IMG/VR virus record: IMGVR_UViG_3300047160_036266
Span: 1-64,000 of that record
DNA length: 64,000 bases
Reading direction: 5' to 3' (one strand)
Source of the DNA: a virus
Lineage: Duplodnaviria; Caudoviricetes
In this document: positions 17,765 through 27,742 of the stretch, in pieces
Layout of the letters: every line of letters begins with the position of its first letter
How positions within the stretch are numbered: position 1 is the first letter of the stretch
Position numbers and translations under genes: made by a program
The notes under the pieces: generated by a model
What the model was told of the DNA's origin: nothing
Databases searched by the model: none
The model's input: only the letters and a program-made list of their open reading frames with translations

Positions 17765-17930
17765 CTTCGTCCGGCGGCAAGAGTTCCGCATGACGCATTC
17801 GATAGAGGATAACTTCGTCATTGGCCTGAAGTACCTCCACCTTGATTCCCAATTCCATCAAATGAAACGACATGCGTTCCATTAAGGTAATAATGTTGTC
17901 GTCAATATAGACTAGAATTTTTTGTTCCAT
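17748..17930 (-). CDS. Hypothetical protein
   Basis: AGGAGG RBS before MEQK. Confidence 0.55.
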   Translation of the reverse strand: MEQKILVYIDDNIITLMERMSFHLMELGIKVEVLQANDEVILYRMRHAELLPPDEDAKDT

Positions 17931-17975
17931 GTGCCTCCTAACCTTGTCCACAAACTGTGGACGGCAGGATCAGCC

Positions 17976-18245
17976 TCAAGCGGCACAGGCAGCAGCGTCC
18001 CTGGCCGGTTCGTGAAAGGACATGAGGGTTTCGATCCATTTGATTGCACCGTCCTTGTACAACTGTGGGAGCAATTTCGGAGGCAAATCCACCACGGCAA
18101 AGGCAACGCTTTTACAGCCAATCTCACGTTCCGGGTAAAAGTTGGCAATGCAATACTCGGCAGTATATTTGCTCAACAACTCACACACCTGCTCCTTGGT
18201 AATGCCGACCTCAAATTCCAACTTACACGTTGCCCGCTCCTCCAT
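17976..18245 (-). CDS. Hypothetical protein
   Basis: 89-aa ORF directly downstream of spoVR. Confidence 0.55.
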   Translation of the reverse strand: MEERATCKLEFEVGITKEQVCELLSKYTAEYCIANFYPEREIGCKSVAFAVVDLPPKLLPQLYKDGAIKWIETLMSFHEPARDAAACAA

Positions 18246-18246
18246 A

Positions 18247-19845
18247 TTACCATCCCTTTTGATAAGTAGACCGTTTCACTATTTCCACGCCCTTGTCCGG
18301 GTCCGAACCACGGCAGCAGTAGACAATCTCCTCGCCGTCCTGGTCACGGCTGGCCAGGAACACGTCATTCTGGATCAAGTGCCGGATGCTGGTCAGGGTG
18401 TCGCGCACATAAGGCTCGTAAAGCATTCGCCCGTTCCAGTAGTGCTGCAAGAAGAACTGGCCCTTGCCCCGGTGGTTGGGGTCTGTCAGCCGAATATCCG
18501 GGAGTCCACCATTGACCTTGCGCTGGAGGAGTTTCTGCTTAATCCGCCGGTGGTCCCGGTCCTCAATACGATATTCCCCGTTGGGGTAATGCTTCCACTC
18601 GAAGAATTCGTACTTGTTACAAAAGTCCTCGGTGAAGAACTCGGTAATAGCGGTCACGTCGTCGTAATACTTCACGACCTCAAAGACCTTTTCCTTGCCC
18701 AGCCCCACCTTCTTATCCCAATTCTCTCGCACCCGGATGTTCTCGCACTCGTCGTACTCGGTGCCGAAGCGGCCCTTGTTCCAGCGTTCCTCGATGTCCT
18801 GAAGGAGATAGAATCCCAGCTTGTAAGGATTCATGCTATAGCGGCCACCCAGGACGCCCATCTTGTGGGCGGCGTACTCGACAATGCCGCAGTCATATTC
18901 CTCCTGGCCAAGCCCGACGAAACCCTGCCGGGACATGATGTTGTAATCGACCCAGGAGGCAAAGCCCTCGTTGAGCATGTGGTCCATGCGCTGCGGGGCA
19001 AAGTACAGGGCCTCCTCATAGATCATGCTCATGATGTCGGCCTGCCAGGGCTTGAGCGGGGCGTTGTCCTTGATGTGCCCGAAAATATCCTTGGTCGGCT
19101 CCTCGAAGATACCGATGTCCTGGGCGGCTTCCTTCTTCTCGATGCGCTTGTGTTCGTAGTCCTTCCACTCCTTGGTGTTGACGTAAGGTTCCATGTAGGT
19201 GCGGTCCTTGTCCACCTTCAGGCGGCGTGGCTGGAGGTATTTGCGGCTGTCGCGCACCACCGGGTCTTTGACCTGGCGGGCCTGCCACGCCTTGGCACCG
19301 TCCACCAGCGTGTCGATGCGCAGTAAGTGGTCGATGAATTCCGTCACCCGTTCCTTGCCCCAGCGGGCCATGTAACGGCGGATGCGGCTGCCGTGGTTGG
19401 CAAGCTCGTTCATCATATTCTGGCTGGTCGGGGCGAAATAGATGTTATTCTTGAAAAAGTGGTTGTGGCCCGTGGCGTGGGCGATGACGGTAATATGGTC
19501 GAGCAGGGTGTTGCTGTTGAGGCAGTAAATGTAGCACGGGTTGGTGTTGATGACCATTTCATAAATCTTGTGCATCCCGAACTCATAGCCCCGCTGAAGC
19601 TCCTCATATTCCATGCCCCAACGCCAGTGCGGGTAGCGCACCGGGAAGCCACCGTAGGCGGCGATCTCGGAGATTTCGTCGTAGGTAAGCATCTGGACTA
19701 CTGTTGGGTAGTAGTCCAGGCCGAAGTCCCGACACGCTTGAAGTATCGTGGGAATAAGTTCGCGCAACTCCCTGGTCATGGGAACGCCAGGTACAGTGGC
19801 GTTGCCCATTAGGAGCGGGCTTCCGTGCATGAATTTGTGCGCCAT
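18247..19845 (-). CDS. spoVR: SpoVR/YcgB family protein
   Basis: AAYGGFPVRYPHWRWGMEYE, KIYEMVINTNPCY.Y, AHATGHNHFFKNN, LNEGFASW, NPYKLG. Confidence 0.95.
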   Translation of the reverse strand: MAHKFMHGSPLLMGNATVPGVPMTRELRELIPTILQACRDFGLDYYPTVVQMLTYDEISEIAAYGGFPVRYPHWRWGMEYEELQRGYEFGMHKIYEMVINTNPCYIYCLNSNTLLDHITVIAHATGHNHFFKNNIYFAPTSQNMMNELANHGSRIRRYMARWGKERVTEFIDHLLRIDTLVDGAKAWQARQVKDPVVRDSRKYLQPRRLKVDKDRTYMEPYVNTKEWKDYEHKRIEKKEAAQDIGIFEEPTKDIFGHIKDNAPLKPWQADIMSMIYEEALYFAPQRMDHMLNEGFASWVDYNIMSRQGFVGLGQEEYDCGIVEYAAHKMGVLGGRYSMNPYKLGFYLLQDIEERWNKGRFGTEYDECENIRVRENWDKKVGLGKEKVFEVVKYYDDVTAITEFFTEDFCNKYEFFEWKHYPNGEYRIEDRDHRRIKQKLLQRKVNGGLPDIRLTDPNHRGKGQFFLQHYWNGRMLYEPYVRDTLTSIRHLIQNDVFLASRDQDGEEIVYCCRGSDPDKGVEIVKRSTYQKGW

Positions 19846-19848
19846 TTC

Positions 19849-20091
19849 CTACTCCTTCGGAGCTTCCTCTTCCGTCCACTGCTTCGCGTCTTGAATGGCA
19901 CGATGCTTGGCCCAGCCTTTGGACTCCTTCATCTTCTGGCTCAGCCACATAAAGAGGCTGACCTCGCCCACGGCGTTAAACCAGCAGTGCTTCTCGCCGG
20001 TGTTGGGATTGACAATATCCATGCCCAACTCGCCACGATCCACCACGGCGATGTCAGAGGCGGGGCTAAAACGGGTCATTTTGCTACGCAT
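19849..20091 (-). CDS. Hypothetical protein between yeaH and spoVR
   Basis: 80-aa ORF overlapping the yeaH end. Confidence 0.55.
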   Translation of the reverse strand: MRSKMTRFSPASDIAVVDRGELGMDIVNPNTGEKHCWFNAVGEVSLFMWLSQKMKESKGWAKHRAIQDAKQWTEEEAPKE

Positions 20092-21302
20092 TGCTCATCT
20101 CCTTGTTCCTGTTTGCTGCTTCCCAACAAATGTTTGATACCGTTCAATATTTGGGCGTTGCGGTCCTCGTCGCTCAACTGCGGCTGCATCCAACCGTTGG
20201 TCGGCACTTCGGGGGTGGTTTCGGGGCCAATGCTGACCGTGCGGACAAAATCACCGTCGAGGGTGCCTTCCTTGATGGCCTCATCGACGTGGTGCTTTAC
20301 GCTGCCGTCGTAGTTCCAGGCCAAGATTTGAGTGATGCCCACGAAGTTGCAGGGCTTCAGGTCTTCCTTGAGCGACCGGATAAACAACTCGTTGTCGTCG
20401 TTCCAGTTCTCGCCGTCCGTGAAATAGAAGACATAAATATTCCACTTCTCCGGCGGGAAGCGGTTCTCGAACTGCTTGCCGATGAGCTTGAGGGCGCTGC
20501 TGCAAGTGGTGCCGCCGCCATAGCGATACTTGTAGAACTTCTCCTCATCGACCTCCATCGCCTGGGAGTCGTGCCAGACCCACATGCGCTCGACACGCTT
20601 ATAGAAACGGCGAATCCACACGTCGATCCACCAGGCCATGTCGCTGACGATCTCGCACTTGATATTGTCCATCGAGCCGGAGCCGTCACGGGCGTAGATG
20701 ATGACGGCGTTGCTGGACGGGATTTTTATTTCCCGGTACTGGCGGTAGCGCTTATCCTGGTTGATGGGGGTAATCAGGCGCACCGGGTCTTTGAAACCTG
20801 GGATTTGGTGCAGGAGGTTAATCTCACCCGTAGCGGCCATTCGTTTAAGTGCCTGGAGCATCGTCCGGCGGGTATGTCGCAATGACTCTGGCCCGATAAG
20901 CGAGATGTTGTTGTATTTGATCTTTATTTCATCGAAGGTGTCGTTTTCCTTCGGCAGCAGGTTGGGAAGCTCCAGTTCCTCCTGCATGAACTTCAGGACT
21001 TCCTCCATGTCCAGGTTGATGGTGATGCCTTCGCCCTCACCCTGCCCGGCTCCCTGGCCCTCGTCGGGGTCTTTGCCGATAACCTTGCCCTTGTCGCCAG
21101 GTCCACGGCCAATGCCTTCCTCGCCCTCCCCGAAGACGATGTGCGGGATGTCGATGCGGGGGATGGAAATGGCGATTTTGCCGCCCTTACCCCGGTGCCG
21201 GAATATTTGCCCGGACTTGACGAACTTTTTGAGGGCCTTGCGAATCTTGCCCGATACTACGTCACGGAAATCCTTGTGGTCCTCTTCTATTCTGCGTGGC
21301 AT
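20076..21302 (-). CDS. yeaH: YeaH/YhbH (DUF444, vWA-like) protein
   Basis: DH..FR..V.GKIR, G.G.G.G, EELELPNL, DGSGSM, GGGT..SSA, FTDGENW. Confidence 0.93.
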   Translation of the reverse strand: MPRRIEEDHKDFRDVVSGKIRKALKKFVKSGQIFRHRGKGGKIAISIPRIDIPHIVFGEGEEGIGRGPGDKGKVIGKDPDEGQGAGQGEGEGITINLDMEEVLKFMQEELELPNLLPKENDTFDEIKIKYNNISLIGPESLRHTRRTMLQALKRMAATGEINLLHQIPGFKDPVRLITPINQDKRYRQYREIKIPSSNAVIIYARDGSGSMDNIKCEIVSDMAWWIDVWIRRFYKRVERMWVWHDSQAMEVDEEKFYKYRYGGGTTCSSALKLIGKQFENRFPPEKWNIYVFYFTDGENWNDDNELFIRSLKEDLKPCNFVGITQILAWNYDGSVKHHVDEAIKEGTLDGDFVRTVSIGPETTPEVPTNGWMQPQLSDEDRNAQILNGIKHLLGSSKQEQGDEQCVAK

Positions 21303-21316
21303 TTGTCCTCCATAGC

Positions 21317-21568
21317 CTAGTTGCCGTCATCGCCGCTTGGTTCTGGACGCCGGAGCGTTATCACGATCTCCTTGCCCTCGTCGTTGGTGTCGATGGCATG
21401 GAGGAAGTGAGACGTGAAGAAGTCGTACAGGTCGTCGTTATCGCCGTCCGTCAACTGATCCATGAACGTGCCCACCGTCTCGTCATCGCCCCAAACGTCC
21501 ATGAGCATTTCTTCGAGTTCTTTGCCAAGCTTCTTGTTCTTTTTCTCATCCAACCAATGGTTCTTCAT
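21317..21568 (-). CDS. Hypothetical protein (MKNHWL N-terminus)
   Basis: 83-aa acidic ORF with GGGGA RBS. Confidence 0.55.
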   Translation of the reverse strand: MKNHWLDEKKNKKLGKELEEMLMDVWGDDETVGTFMDQLTDGDNDDLYDFFTSHFLHAIDTNDEGKEIVITLRRPEPSGDDGN

Positions 21569-21646
21569 GATTGTTCCCCGATAAAAAGGGCGGACCCCAT
21601 CCCTACAAACCGATGACCTGATGACGCTGGATGAGGCCCGCCCAAG

Positions 21647-21880
21647 CTACTCTGGATTGCCGATTATAAATCTTGCGACCCCCAAGTGACTCATCTGGGT
21701 GAGGATCGCGTCGTGTACTTGCTTGCGCTGGTCATCGGTCAGATGCACCAAGGGTTCATTCAACAGGGCCAGCCATTCCAGGTCGCCATTCTCACAGACT
21801 TTCTGCACGGCCATATTGACCACCGCCTGTTGTTCTGCCTTGGTGAAGCCTATATTCAGCATTGGACTCCTTTTTCCCAA
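21647..21880 (-). CDS. Hypothetical protein
   Basis: 77-aa ORF downstream of prkA. Confidence 0.5.
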   Translation of the reverse strand: MGKRSPMLNIGFTKAEQQAVVNMAVQKVCENGDLEWLALLNEPLVHLTDDQRKQVHDAILTQMSHLGVARFIIGNPE

Positions 21881-21897
21881 CCATAGGTATCCACTGG

Positions 21898-23973
21898 TTA
21901 ATCCTTTTCGGCCAAATCGCCACGGGCAAAGATGGAACCCACATAGTCCAGCACGTCACGAGCGGACTTGTCGTTATAGCCGTACTGCTTGATGAGACGC
22001 TGCTTGATGGCGTCGATCTTCTCTTGCAGGTCGGGGTCCACGACCGTAGCGCCGCTGACGTTGAGGGCCGACAGCTTGATGTGGTCTTTGGTGTCCTCGA
22101 ACAGCTTGGCCTCCAGCGCCTTCTTCAGTTGCGGGTTGCTGTCCCAGCGGAACTTCTTGCCCTTGACCGCCAGATCACCGATAAAGGCGGCGATCATGCG
22201 GCGGAAGTCGTCACTGCCCTGTTCGGGAATGTCGATCTTGGATTCGATATTGCGCATCAAGCGCTCGTCGGGGGCCTCATCACGACCCGTGTACGGGTTC
22301 TTCACCTTGGCCTTGTTGATGTAGGCCATGATGTTGTCGATATAGTTCGTGCAGAGCCGGATAATCGCGTCTTCGTCTCCCACCAGCGCCTTCTGTACCT
22401 CGGACTTGAGTATTTCATCGAGCTTCTTCACGGCCAACTCGATGCAGGTCATGTAACGACCGACCTGATCCTTGTTGGTGAGCAGGCTGTGATTGTCCAG
22501 GCCGTCACGGAGTTCGTTCAGGACCATGAACGGGTTTATGTAGTCGTGGTTATCGGACAAGCAGTTGGAAATCTTGTCCTGCACATAGCGGGCGGACACG
22601 CCGCTCCCCATGCCCTCGTCCGGGTACTTATCGTGAAGCTCCTTCACGGAGTCCTCGGTCCAACCCGGCATGAGCTTGCCGTTATACAACTCGGCCTTGT
22701 CCACCAGGCTGATCTTGCCGTCCTTATCGTCCTGCAAGCGGGTGAGGATGGCCCACAGGGCGGCGATCTCCAGGGTGTGCGGGGCGACGTGCTGCTTGAC
22801 CCTGCCCTGGCCGTAGTCCTGTTCCAGCACCTTTATTTCGTCGGCCAGCTTGAGCAGGTACGGTACGTCCACCTTCACGGTACGGTCGCGCAGGGCCTCC
22901 ATGAACTGGTTGTTCTTCAACTTCTCATATTCTGGATTGTTGGTGTGGCCCAGAATGGCTTCGTCCACACCAATCTGGGCGAACTTCTTGGGCTTGATAT
23001 TCTGCTCCTGGCTCGCGCCCAGGAGATCGTAGAGGAACGCCTGCTCCAGCTTGAGCATTTCGATGAACTCGACCAGGCCCCGGTTGCCAACACAAAACTC
23101 GCCGTCAAAATTAAAGGCGCGAGGATCAGAGTCGCTGCCGAAGTGGCTGATCTTGGCGAAGTTGATGTCGCCCGTCAGTTCCGTGGAGTCCTGGTTCTTC
23201 TCATCCTTGGGCTGGAAGGTGGCAATACCGCAACGGTCGGCCTCGTTATGGACCTTGCGGACTACGACGATATGGTTCTGGAGGACTTGCTTCAGGTCGC
23301 CGTTATTGCGCTTCAACAGTTCGATCATGAACCGCTTGCAGCGGGGGTCAAGTTCTCCCTCCACCCGCAGATCATAGACGTTCGCCCGATCCTTCTCCGG
23401 TGTCTGTTCCTTGAGGATGCCGTTCAATTCGTCAAGGATTTTCCGGCGCATCGGTGACGCCAGGAGCTTCAACGGCTCCTCGTGCATGGGGCACTCGTCG
23501 CAGTCGTGGGTGTAGATGCCCTCTACGCCGGTCGGCAGGTTGACCCACTTGAAGGTGAACCAGGCACCGTCATCCTCCTGGGAGTGTTTCTCCAGTCCAC
23601 GCTTGAGCAGCCGGCAGATGGTGGACTTGCTGGAGCCGACCGGGCCGTGCAACAGCAGAATACGGCGCTCCGTGCCATAGTGGCCGGCGGCACCCCGGAT
23701 GAACTTCACCAGGCTGTCGAGCGTTTCTTCAAGCCCGAAGATGGGAATATCGGGGTCATCAAAGAAGTTGTAGTGGGTCAGGGTCTTGCGGTATTTCTCG
23801 AACTCGTAAGACCCCTTCGCCATAATCATGTCGTACATCCGCTGATAAGCGGAACGTACCAGGCGGGGGTTCTCGTAGCACTTTGCCAGGTAATCGGCAA
23901 AACTCATCTCCTCATTGAGACGCAGAAAGGTTTCACGGTCGTATTGAGAAGCTATTTTATCCAGGTAGTTCAT
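21898..23973 (-). CDS. prkA: PrkA/YeaG AAA-type serine protein kinase
   Basis: LLHGPVGSSKS, PMHEEPL, FQPKDEKNQDSTELTG, DPRAFNFDGE, NRGL.EF.E, QH.APHTLE, EGM.G.SARY; GGAGAGG RBS before MNYLD. Confidence 0.95.
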   Translation of the reverse strand: MNYLDKIASQYDRETFLRLNEEMSFADYLAKCYENPRLVRSAYQRMYDMIMAKGSYEFEKYRKTLTHYNFFDDPDIPIFGLEETLDSLVKFIRGAAGHYGTERRILLLHGPVGSSKSTICRLLKRGLEKHSQEDDGAWFTFKWVNLPTGVEGIYTHDCDECPMHEEPLKLLASPMRRKILDELNGILKEQTPEKDRANVYDLRVEGELDPRCKRFMIELLKRNNGDLKQVLQNHIVVVRKVHNEADRCGIATFQPKDEKNQDSTELTGDINFAKISHFGSDSDPRAFNFDGEFCVGNRGLVEFIEMLKLEQAFLYDLLGASQEQNIKPKKFAQIGVDEAILGHTNNPEYEKLKNNQFMEALRDRTVKVDVPYLLKLADEIKVLEQDYGQGRVKQHVAPHTLEIAALWAILTRLQDDKDGKISLVDKAELYNGKLMPGWTEDSVKELHDKYPDEGMGSGVSARYVQDKISNCLSDNHDYINPFMVLNELRDGLDNHSLLTNKDQVGRYMTCIELAVKKLDEILKSEVQKALVGDEDAIIRLCTNYIDNIMAYINKAKVKNPYTGRDEAPDERLMRNIESKIDIPEQGSDDFRRMIAAFIGDLAVKGKKFRWDSNPQLKKALEAKLFEDTKDHIKLSALNVSGATVVDPDLQEKIDAIKQRLIKQYGYNDKSARDVLDYVGSIFARGDLAEKD

Positions 23974-24034
23974 ATTCCTCTCCAGTTTGTCCATGCGTAA
24001 GCCCTCTGACTTGGATACCCCAAACGTCACTTGC

Positions 24035-24063
24035 AATATAATGGCCCGTATATTTCGGTGCAA
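24035..24063 (-). promoter_or_regulatory. Sigma70-like promoter for prkA-yeaH-spoVR
   Basis: TTGCAC-N17-TATATT on the minus strand. Confidence 0.55.
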
Positions 24064-24100
24064 GGCGAAAATAGTGAATTTTCAAAATATTCGGTCGCTA

Positions 24101-24661
24101 TTACTTGCGGTTTATAACCATCAATATTCCCCGCTGGGTTTCCTCGTCCTCCCTGCTCTTGGCCCGGAAATGAAAAGCCGGCAGATGTTTCACCCGTTCC
24201 TCCAACACCCACAGAGCCGGGTAATCGGGGTGGGCGGTGTCGTGGAAGAACATAAAGCCGTTGGGCTTGGTGATGCGCAGGTGGTGGTGCAGCCATTCGG
24301 GACTGCGCCCGTGGTCGGCATCCGAGAAGAGGAAGTCGCAGAAATTATCCTGACAGGCAGTACAAAACTGCTCCTCCTCGACGGGCGCGATAATCTTGAC
24401 GCCCTGCTTGCGCAACTCCTCGGCCCAGGGTGGCTCGGCTCCGTTGGACACTATCCAGTTGTCCACACAATAAATCTCACCGACCTTATTATAACGCACC
24501 GCCTCAACGAGTATGCGGGTCGAATATCCTAGCCCGATGCCAAGTTCGAGGACCACGCTGGGCTTTTGGGCCACTATTATCCCGTACATCAAAGCGCCGT
24601 GGGCAGCGTCGATGGAAATATACTTCTCTCCGGGATGCGAGTAGGTGGGGAACTCAATCAC
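24101..24661 (-). CDS. Class I SAM methyltransferase (Methyltransf_24-like)
   Basis: VLELGIGLGYST, DFLFSDADH, GFMFFHDT. Confidence 0.85.
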   Translation of the reverse strand: MIEFPTYSHPGEKYISIDAAHGALMYGIIVAQKPSVVLELGIGLGYSTRILVEAVRYNKVGEIYCVDNWIVSNGAEPPWAEELRKQGVKIIAPVEEEQFCTACQDNFCDFLFSDADHGRSPEWLHHHLRITKPNGFMFFHDTAHPDYPALWVLEERVKHLPAFHFRAKSREDEETQRGILMVINRK

Positions 24662-24990
24662 TTAACCTCCCCGAAGTGGTCGCCCTGGTTCAGATCATCA
24701 ATATGACCGTAAGGGGACTGCCCCATGTGCGAGGCGTCCTCGGCGGCACGGCGTTCATTCTGGGCTTTCTCCATATTATAACCGGCACGATAAGAGAAGT
24801 TGTCCCACTTGCTGGTATCTTTCGGGTTGGTGAACTTGATGTGCAGATTGCAGGTCGAGAAAATGCGGTCTTTCTTGTTAGACTTGCACCTGGGACACGA
24901 AACACTCGGATACTTGCCCGCCTCGTCAAACGGACACATATCCTCGTAAACGAGATGGCATTTCTTGCATTCAAAATCGTAAAAAGGCAT
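24658..24990 (-). CDS. FmdB-like zinc-ribbon protein
   Basis: MPFYDFECKKC...CPRC. Confidence 0.8.
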   Translation of the reverse strand: MPFYDFECKKCHLVYEDMCPFDEAGKYPSVSCPRCKSNKKDRIFSTCNLHIKFTNPKDTSKWDNFSYRAGYNMEKAQNERRAAEDASHMGQSPYGHIDDLNQGDHFGEVK

Positions 24991-25027
24991 AGACCCTCCT
25001 TAGTTTTATAATAGTGGTGGCGAAGGT

Positions 25028-25354
25028 CTATTTTTCACGGTTGCCCTTGCAGTCCGTCAACTTCTGGAAGAAGCGGTAGGTGCGGGCCACTGCTCGTAAG
25101 CGTGCCTTTTGCGACATAAACAGCCAGGACCACGACTTCTTGCAGAAGGTCACGGCATCGTTCAGGAGGCGTTGCTGAAGGTCTTGCTCCACCAGTTCCA
25201 ATTGCATCTCTTGCAGATGACTGGCCCTGGCGACCAACTCCTCGTAGTCCTCCTCAGAAATAAACTGCTCTTCCTCGCCGTATTCCTCCTCTTCCGCATC
25301 ACCGAAGAAACGATCCACGTTTTCATCGTCGCTTTCATAATTCCATCTAGCCAT
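25028..25354 (-). CDS. Hypothetical acidic protein
   Basis: GAGG RBS before MARW. Confidence 0.6.
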   Translation of the reverse strand: MARWNYESDDENVDRFFGDAEEEEYGEEEQFISEEDYEELVARASHLQEMQLELVEQDLQQRLLNDAVTFCKKSWSWLFMSQKARLRAVARTYRFFQKLTDCKGNREK

Positions 25355-25356
25355 GA

Positions 25357-25962
25357 TTACCTCGCTACAACAGAAAAAACCCTGTCCATACGTTTCCACA
25401 ACTCCATTATCCTGAGTTCGTTCAGCGACATTTGCTCCCCACTGCTGAACCTGTCGGGCCTGCGGAACGGATAGTCATTCCTATTTATGCAGTCGGCGGT
25501 AACAAACTTGCCCCAACCCTTCTCGTAACTGACAAATGTGCTAAAGTCCTCGGTGTCGGGCATAATACAAAGACAGGATGCAGTCTGTAACGGCTTGCCA
25601 ATACTGTCTTTAAGAAACCACACCTTGTTGTTGCTGGCCTGGCAATTATTTTGCAGGGCCAGAATTTCGGGGGTAAGTTCCCGGACAGCCAGCACGTCGG
25701 GATCGAGGATGATACAAGGAGGCTGCACGCCGGCCACCTGCGCCTGCCACAATTTGGCCTCGCCTGGCATGTCCTTGTGATAATGAACGGTGACGCCGCA
25801 CCGCTGCGCCCACGCAAAATAATCGCCCCTGACGCTCCGCTTGACCGCCAGACTTACCCTGGCATCCGGCAGGTTGACGCTGAGCGAATACCAACAAGCA
25901 AAGGCCATCCAGTGATGATGAGCGCAGCAGTCGCAGGCGATGACGACTTGAGGATTGTCCAT
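25357..25962 (-). CDS. Hypothetical protein, possibly GT-A-like
   Basis: IILDPDV DxD-like motif, within the glycosyltransferase cluster. Confidence 0.45.
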   Translation of the reverse strand: MDNPQVVIACDCCAHHHWMAFACWYSLSVNLPDARVSLAVKRSVRGDYFAWAQRCGVTVHYHKDMPGEAKLWQAQVAGVQPPCIILDPDVLAVRELTPEILALQNNCQASNNKVWFLKDSIGKPLQTASCLCIMPDTEDFSTFVSYEKGWGKFVTADCINRNDYPFRRPDRFSSGEQMSLNELRIMELWKRMDRVFSVVAR

Positions 25963-25974
25963 ACCCTAAAGGAG

Positions 25975-26805
25975 TTAGGCGAAGGCCGGGAAAAGGCGGC
26001 GAAGCGCAGCCATATTCTGGTCGTGGTCCAGACTGATGACATGCTCGTGGTCATGCCCAAAGGTGCAGTTCGGGAAGCCGCCTTCAAGGATCATGCGGGT
26101 CTTGCCCAACCCCACCGCAAGGCTCAAGGGAAAGCTCTGGTTGCCGATGAAAAGATCGCAGCCGTCGATTAGCTCGAACCAATCCAGTAGCGAAGTGACG
26201 GGCCTATGCACGCCGATATGTTCTTGTTCCGGTATCCCGGAGTGGACGTTGGCGATTTGCTCCTTAATATGCACGTTCAGTTCATCCATGAAAGCCAGGC
26301 TATAAGTCCCCGGTGTCAGCCACCTGCCGTTGTTGGTAAAGACCACCGAATACGTCTCCCCCTGGTCCTTCAGCCTATTTCCTTGGACGCGCAACCACGG
26401 AGGGGTGGGCCTGGCCGGTGGAAGACGTATGTGCTGGCAGACACCCCGGTAATGGGCATCAACTATCGTATAATTCCGGCTACCCGACATATGGCCGCAA
26501 TGGTAGTAATTGTCGAGGTCGATGTCGATTGGCTCGCCCCAATAGATGCGGGCGTCATGGATATAGTTGAGTTGTTTCAGAACGGGGATAAGGAGGTTGA
26601 ACTGGCTGATCCAGCCATGCACCGTCCGGTCGAGATCGCTCCCAGGGCGGTTCTCGTCCGCCGGATAGTGGTTCCAATATTCTGCGACCTCCCGGTGTCC
26701 ATGCGCAGCGGGGTCGAGGTACAAGATACCGCCGCCGAGACTCTGCACAACCGGCAACCCATAGATTACATCACCCAGGCACGGCTTGTGTTTGAAGGCC
26801 AGCAC
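25975..26805 (-). CDS. Glycosyltransferase-like protein (GT9-like)
   Basis: LGDVIY.LP at the N-terminus; LIDGCDLFIGNQSFPLSLAVGLG at the C-terminus. Confidence 0.7.
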   Translation of the reverse strand: MLAFKHKPCLGDVIYGLPVVQSLGGGILYLDPAAHGHREVAEYWNHYPADENRPGSDLDRTVHGWISQFNLLIPVLKQLNYIHDARIYWGEPIDIDLDNYYHCGHMSGSRNYTIVDAHYRGVCQHIRLPPARPTPPWLRVQGNRLKDQGETYSVVFTNNGRWLTPGTYSLAFMDELNVHIKEQIANVHSGIPEQEHIGVHRPVTSLLDWFELIDGCDLFIGNQSFPLSLAVGLGKTRMILEGGFPNCTFGHDHEHVISLDHDQNMAALRRLFPAFA

Positions 26806-26809
26806 TTTC

Positions 26810-27742
26810 CTACCTGGACTTATATTTGTCATACAAGCGAGCGTAGGGCGGATAACCCTTGATCTCTTCCTCCAGGCGAGTGATTGTATCTTTATGGGTT
26901 GCCAAGGACTGTTCCTGGCCGGGCAAGTCACGCCAACTCATGGCCGTAAGATGGGTCGTGTAAGTACCGGGCATCTCAACAAAATGGTAGCCGGCCTTCT
27001 TCAATCGGTAGTAGACCCAGGTGCCCACATCCATGCTGACGTAGCCATACTCACCGGGCTGCGGCATAACGGTTGTGTCACCCTCGTGGAACGGCCAGAA
27101 CTTGTAACTCAACTCCGACAACCTGAACTTCTTCGGCACATGATAGCCATACCAGCGCAAGCCCATGCCCGTGTAAAGCTCCTTGCGGGACGTGATAAAC
27201 ATGGAGTTGGGATGCGGCAGATTGACCTTGCGGGTGCCATTAAAGTCCAGCGCCGACAGGCCCGTACCCAGCAGCGGCGGGGAGTACACGAACCCCACCT
27301 TTCGGTCCTCCAGGGTCTTCAAGGCATAAGGGCACCAATCCTGGGTGTTCACGATAAGGTCGTCGTGCATGAGCGTGTAAAACTCGGTGTGAACCCACGG
27401 CAGCGCTCCGTCCGTCGCCTGGCTATGTCCCACCCGACTCCAGGTGCGGATCACGGTAAGGGGCATGTCACAGTCCCGGCCCGACGCCTGCCAGCGGGTA
27501 TTCCGTAACTCACCCAGGAACGACTGCTTGGCATCCTGAAGGCCAGGATCACCCGTGCGGGGGTCCGGCCCATTGATGGCGACAATAATGTGTTCCAGTC
27601 CCGGCGTTGACCGCAACAACAGCGAGAACATGGACCACATCAGGCATTCGATGCGACTCTGTGAGGTCGCCATCACCACCGTGGTCTTCCCTGGGAGCAG
27701 ACCCTTGCTTTCATAGCCACAACGGGTCAGAATCATGTCCAT
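26810..27742 (-). CDS. Glycosyltransferase family 2-like protein (domain A')
   Basis: VGHSQA.D...TEFYTLMHDD (DxD-like); paralog of the N-half of 28426..30210. Confidence 0.7.
   Translation of the reverse strand: MDMILTRCGYESKGLLPGKTTVVMATSQSRIECLMWSMFSLLLRSTPGLEHIIVAINGPDPRTGDPGLQDAKQSFLGELRNTRWQASGRDCDMPLTVIRTWSRVGHSQATDGALPWVHTEFYTLMHDDLIVNTQDWCPYALKTLEDRKVGFVYSPPLLGTGLSALDFNGTRKVNLPHPNSMFITSRKELYTGMGLRWYGYHVPKKFRLSELSYKFWPFHEGDTTVMPQPGEYGYVSMDVGTWVYYRLKKAGYHFVEMPGTYTTHLTAMSWRDLPGQEQSLATHKDTITRLEEEIKGYPPYARLYDKYKSR

Noticed and set aside
25735-25745. cacctgcgcct resembles a U4 two-arm target (ACACCT+GCGCCT)
   Set aside because: An 11-nt match is not significant under multiple testing; a systematic search is needed.
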